Assembly (NCBI RefSeq): GCF_036321535.1
Contig: NC_087472.1
Span: forward strand, 96,846,001 to 96,910,000
Direction of reading: 5' to 3'
DNA: 64,000 nt
Origin: Camelus dromedarius
Lineage: Eukaryota
Of this stretch, positions 58,301-64,000 are shown piece by piece. Every line of letters starts with the position of its first letter. Position 1 is the first letter of the stretch. The position numbers were made by a program, and so were the translations under genes. The notes beneath the pieces were generated by a model that saw nothing but the letters and a program-made list of their open reading frames with translations, made no database searches and was not told where the DNA came from.

Positions 58301-61300
58301 TATATGCGGCACTTCCCCAGGAGGGAACCTCCCATTTACACAGAATGTTTAATGATATTTTTTAGAAGCAGAATAAGGAGGCCTGGGGTCATGATGGTGC
58401 AAAATATGCCTACCACATTGACAATTCTCATTGGAAATTTTATATTTCTTCCAATTAAACTATTTTATATCTTTGCATGTGGTCATGGTATAATGCTAGT
58501 AGAACTAGTTTTGATCATTATTTTGCAAGGTGGCCCAGCCCCTCACGTTAGAATACAATTATATTGGGCATTTAATGTTTTGTGCTTTGGAACCTCTGCC
58601 ACTTCTCTTATGGTAGAGGACGTGTTGCTTTCTCCATTCTGTTCAATTACAAACTTTTGGGGGCGTGTCTGACTCACACCTCCTTCACTTGCTACACAAT
58701 TAATTGTAGGCATGATGAGTACATTTCCTTTTGCGCTTTCCTTGTTGTAGGTTAAGTGGTAATGCCTGTGTATTGCTATTTTCTCAGAATAACCATGAAA
58801 GGGGAGGTTTATCTGCCCAGGACATGAGATGGCACCTTCATCTGATGTGAAACCTCCTCTTCCTCTTGCTTTTGGGGTCAGGTATTTTAGGTTCTGCTCA
58901 TTGTCCTGGTGGTCTTGGGAGAGACATTAAATCTTTCTGTGCCTCAGTTGCTTCGCCTTTGTGTGGGAGATATTTTAATACTTTCTCTATGTATTGAAGC
59001 TGAAATAAATGATAAATATAAAATCTTACTACAGCTCTGAGACTCTATTAATTATAGAAATCAAATGTTTAGATTCAGTAAAAATGAAGGAGTTCCAGAG
59101 AATGCAAGATAAAGCTCATATATATTAAGCCAGGAGTGTTGTTGGGCCATTTGAACTCTGAAAGGAGCCTCTAGTTGAATATGGACAGCTTTTGATTATC
59201 TGTCATTTGTACAAAGAGTCAAGATTGGGAAGGGTGGGAGGATGGGAAAAGGCCAGATTACAAACAGGATTTTTATTTACATTTGGGGGAAAGAGCAAGA
59301 GTGAGAATCTTCTGTCTGGTGTTCATTGTTGGTCAGGCACATGTGTTTTTCTATGATAGTCTTAAAAAATCAAGGTCATGGGAGTTGGTATGTGGCTTGT
59401 GGAGCACACCTTATCCATATGGAGACAGACATTGAGGGGCTGTGATTCTGTGAACCTCATCCGTCTCCAGACATCTTTCTCCATTGCCTGCTCCATACTG
59501 GGCTGTTCTGTCATCGACCCATTTATTCTTTATACTGCATCTTCACCTTTTAATGTTCTGCCCTGGTCACACTCATACAAATTAATCTACCAGCACTCGA
59601 TCTTATATGAAGTATGTCATTTCCAGAATACTTTTGAGTACTTATTATGTACCAGACACTCTTATTTAGGAGGCAGCATTAACCAAAGGGATGTGTTTCT
59701 GCTTTTAAAGAGCAAATTTTGGGGACATTGTCAGTAATTTATAGGAATATTATATAATTATAAAACTAAAATGCTTATTCTGAAAGAAAAATATAGACTG
59801 CTGTGAGGGTCTGTAGCAAAAACAAGGATTTATTCTACAGTGGGCTCAGAGCAGGTGAGTGAGTCATCAGGGAACACGTTCCTAAGAGGGTAATTTTGAA
59901 GCCTTGTTGACCATGTGGTTGTCACTAGATGAAGAAATCCCCTGGGTAGAGGGCAGAGTCAAGGCTGAGGAATGAGCGTTTCAGAGGTCCAGAAGACAAC
60001 AGTATGGAAGGTTTTGACACTGGAAGGGCTAATGTGAACCCCAGGACCTGGGAGAGAGACAGAAAGTGTGTGTAATATGACTTACCCACCTTAATTTAGA
60101 GATCAGGAATTTCAGCTTAGGGAAGAGCACCGTACTGGGAAGTGTCACCTGGTATGGGTGTTCTGGGTCCAGAGCCTTTGTTCCTGTCAGCTTGTCCAGT
60201 GCCTCTTAACTATTGAACATTAGTCAGTCTTTCTGAAGCACTTTGCCAGTGGTTTTCTGGCAAGCAGGGAAACAATCTTTGTTCCTCCCCCATGAGTCTG
60301 TGGAGGAAATTTCTAGCATGCTGACAACTCCTTCTAACATTTTTTTTCTCCTTCCAACTAAATAATTTTATATATCTGGGTTGGGTGATAGGCTAATTCA
60401 TTTGATTCCGTTTCTTTACAAGGTGGCCTAGCACTCATTTTAGATTATGGGGGTATTTGTCTTTTTTTTTTTTTCTGTCTTGGCCTTTGGCGCATCTGGC
60501 AGTGTCTTACTGAGAGGGTATATGTTCCATGTCTAGTTCAATACAGACTTTCAGGAATGTGTCTGACCACAGCACCTTCACTCACTGCAGCCTGAATTTT
60601 TGCACTGTGGGTGCATATCCATATGTTCCTTACGTATTTGAAACATTCCCCTGTAGCCTCCAGTCAGATAACTGTTAATCTTTCCTCGTGGTGGAGCCTG
60701 TGTACTGCTGAAAAGCAGAGATACCCTCAGAAAGGAGGTTTACCTTCCCCACTGCTTGTTGGGGTGCAGGTGAAACTTTCTGTAAGATGTAGTGAATTGG
60801 TATTTGGCTCAGGGAACAGACTTCATTCACATGTAGACAGTCACTTAGGGGATATGATTCCATGAGCCCCAGAAATCACACTCATCCTCATTGTCTTCCT
60901 ATAACTCATGTCCCGTAGTCCAAAATTTTGCCATTATCACATTTGTTTTTATATGTTTCTATGTTCCCATGCAGTGTCTTATTCATAATTATAGAAAATA
61001 AGACACTGAAAATGCATGTTATATTAACTACTTAATTTCAGGACTACTTTTGAGTGCCCATTATGTCTCTGGCACTTTTATTTGGCAGGCTGCATTAATC
61101 AAAGAGAGATATTTCTGCCTTTTAGTAGCTAAAATTTTAGTTGATCTATCAGGAACTTGGGGAATGCTCATGTAAGTAGGTAACTACAGTGATAGGAGAT
61201 CTGTATTTTCTGAAGGATCAGTACAGACTGCTATAAAGGCTTCTAGCACAGAACTCAGGACTTTGCCCTGGGCAGTGTTGGGGTGGTTGAGTGAGTGGTC

Positions 61301-62559
61301 AGTGAAGGCTTTCCTGAGGATGTGATATTTGAGTACCTGAAGATGAGGTGGGTGTCATTTGCTTAAGATGGAGCAAAAGCTCACCACACTGTCTTTTTCC
61401 GGGCCCATGTGTCCTCCATGGAGTACACACAGTGTCCTTATCCAGGAGGTAGAATTGCAGTTCACTTGCCAGTCAGCTCCCCTTTGAACCTTCTGTCAGG
61501 GGCTACTCCAGCCCTAGCTTCTCTTCCTACCTGACTTAGACGCTAGTCCCCATGTCCCTCTAACTCTAGTGAAATGAACAAATGAATGCTTATTATGAAG
61601 CATTCATAAATGAGTGATGCTTATTGAGGCTGTTGCTTTTTTGTCAGCCATCCTATCCCTCATGCAGTAGTCCACCATGGGTCTCTAGTTGTGCAAGTCA
61701 GAGTTCTGCAGAGAAACACATTTCAGGTTATGGATGGAGCCGGCTTCCTTCCAGAATGGGGTGATCTTATGACTTAGGGGTGTCCCAGGAGGACGAGCCC
61801 CTGACTGTTATCCATGGGTAGGGCATCAGCTCTGCATTTGCCATAGTGACCTTGCACATATCTATATAGGCCATACAGGGGCAAGATTAAAGCACAGCTC
61901 ATCTGAGTCTAACAAAATGCCTAAAGGTAAACCTGGAATGCGAGAGGGTGGGAGGCCTGTGAGGAAAGCCTCTAAGGCTGTGTCCCACTTGCCTTCCTAT
62001 CTCCCTTGAAAGGTTGTTATGGGGCATTTTCTCTTCCACTCTACAGTTTTTTTAGGTCTGGGGCTTTTTGCTCTCCCCCTTTCCTGATAAGAGCTGCAGA
62101 ATAGAAAACACTATAGTGTCTGTGACGTTGGTTTGCTATTGCAGACCACATTGCTAAATTCTTTAGTGATAAGGAGGCACGTGACCTTTGACCTTTGTCC
62201 CTGGGACCTCTGCTGATTTGCATAGATGCTTTGAAAGGAAAGAACCCCATAAGTCTAAGAAAAACATTTCTTCGTTGTTGCTTATGTATCTGTGTCACCA
62301 GTAAATTGAATCTGCTTCCTTCAGATGGGTGGCCATGACCACAGATAAAATACTCCCTCCTGAACTGAGGTGGCCAATTACACAGAGATGAAATGAGGTC
62401 TGCTCCTATAGGACCAGGGAGGAAGGGATAATAAAGGATAGGTTTGGGCACTTGCTTAACAAGACTGTAGATGTCTCCCCTGCTAGTCCTGACCGTTATG
62501 ATGGAGGGGAAGGAGGTGAGATCACCTAGTTGCCTAATGACTGATTCCATATTCCAAGC

Positions 62560-64000
62560 CAGTCTGGCCACAACCACCTTGCTGATGACAGGAAGAGGAC
62601 CAAGAGACCTAGACCCCTTGCTGAGATTTGTGCTCTTTAGACAGCTGTTTATCGAATACATTCAGTACCACCTTTCTACTCAGATCTTTCTTATAAGAAC
62701 AGAGTGGGGGAGGGTATAGCTCAAGTGGTAGAGCGCATGCTTAGCATACAAAAGGTCCTGGTTCAATCCCCAGTACCTCCTACAAAAATAAATAAGGAAA
62801 CCTAATTACCTCTCCCCACCAAAAGAAAAAATCTTAAAAAAATAATTCAAGCATTAAAAAAAAAGAACAAAGAGGTCTAGGGTAGGGGTTGGGAGCCTTC
62901 CTTCTTTAGCTGGAACAAGAGGCTTTTATCCTATTCAGGGTGTTTTATAGACCTGATGGCACTCAAAGTTGTGTAACCTTTCAGCTCTTGTGGACACTAG
63001 GGCAAAAGTTACTGTGGTTCTTAGAAGGTACCATGGATATGGTAAAAATTTCATGTTAGATGGGGTATAACTCTCAGATTGGACTGTGGACTGATGTGAG
63101 TTTATGGGTGGGCCCTCACAAACCAATGCACACACAAGACTTTGTAACTGTTACTGCTGAATATATTGTGGGAAGATTTGTGTTAGATATATGTAATTGT
63201 TCTCTTGATTGTAAGGGATGTTCCCAATAAGAGAAATGTCATGACTGGCACAGTGGTCATGGGATGAATGGACAAGTGGGAGCCCACCAGGCTTTCCCAA
63301 TTCAGCCATGAGATATTGGTAAAGCTCTGGGGGAAGGATGGGGAAGAAGGTCTCTACACTGATCAACAAACTAATGCAGACAGAGATGCTTAAAGAGAAT
63401 ACACCACCTTACAATAAGCCTGTGTGACCAGTGAGAAAAGCCAGTGGGACATCCCACCACCACGTGGATTACTGTAAGCTTGGTTCAGTAGCAGTCCTCC
63501 TCACTCCTGTAGTTCCAGTTATTATGATGGTCACGGAGTCCACTGTGCCGGTTGTATGTAGCACTGGCCATTGTAATGCTTTTTTTGGATTACACTGTGA
63601 TTGGATGATCAGAGGCTACCTGCCTTTATGGAGCTCAGAATGTAATACGTGTTCTCCAGTCTGCTGCAAGGTGCCCTGAGGCACTCTGTGATTTCACTGG
63701 CTGACTGGCTGACTGAATTCTCACCAGAGGAGTCCTGGTACCATTAAATGATGACATTATTCTGATAGAAGGACTAAGGGCAGTGTATTATCTTTGTTTT
63801 ATGGACAGCCTAGTACCTGTGCAACCACTGTTGGAAGTTTAACCCTGAGAAGAATCAGCAGCCAGCTACCTAGATATAGTTCTGGTGAACCATATAAGCT
63901 GGTGCCCAGGTAACATTCTCTGAGCTCGTTCAGGAAAAACTGATGGCCTAAAAACCTCCAGAATACCAAATTTGGTAGAGCATATTATAATTTGATCAGT
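62560..64000 (+). mobile_element. Second decayed ERVL-like pro-pol remnant, truncated by the window end
   Basis: Protease-like SALVDTRAKVTVVL at 62981 and AEYIVGRFVL; RT-like NKPV*PVRKASG...VDYCKL...NAFF...DDIILI. Confidence 0.8.
62706..62864 (+). mobile_element. tRNA-Ala-derived camelid-type SINE
   Basis: GGGGGAGGGTATAGCTCAAGTGGTAGAGCGCATGCTTAGCAT...GGTTCAATCCCCAGTACCTCC followed by an A-rich tail. Confidence 0.9.

Noticed and set aside
62041..62661. Longest ORF in the track (206 aa, minus strand)
   Set aside because: No recognisable domain or splice context; it lies antisense to and next to decayed ERV sequence, so it is probably a chance ORF
62706..62780. tRNA-Ala(AGC)-like sequence (also at 13491, 29460, 31915)
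   Set aside because: Each copy has the extra SINE body, an A-tail, TSD-like flanks and stem mismatches, so these are SINE heads rather than tRNA genes

Overview
Mammalian genomic DNA, most likely a camelid: it carries five copies of a tRNA-Ala-derived SINE of the Vic-1 type. The window holds two convergent multi-exon genes that are neighbours on the eutherian X chromosome. ACOT9 is on the + strand (16 coding exons, 5087..25729, 448 aa with a 27-nt cassette microexon and 439 aa without; intron 2 is GC-AG). PRDX4 is on the - strand (7 coding exons, 47136..34792, 270 aa). PRDX4 also has an in-phase alternative first exon at 48925..48724 matching the testis-type PRDX4t. A possible third, very short coding first exon (48130..48109) would give a 198-aa cytosolic PRDX1/2-sized product; this is a hypothesis from sequence alone. 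The PRDX4 5' region is built from locally duplicated modules. The last ~13 kb is a mosaic of old local duplications, L1/MaLR pieces and two decayed class III (ERVL-like) pro-pol remnants. No CRISPR array, rRNA or credible tRNA gene was found, and most ORF-track entries are spurious or repeat-derived. Repeat family names come from recognition of the sequence, not from a database search.
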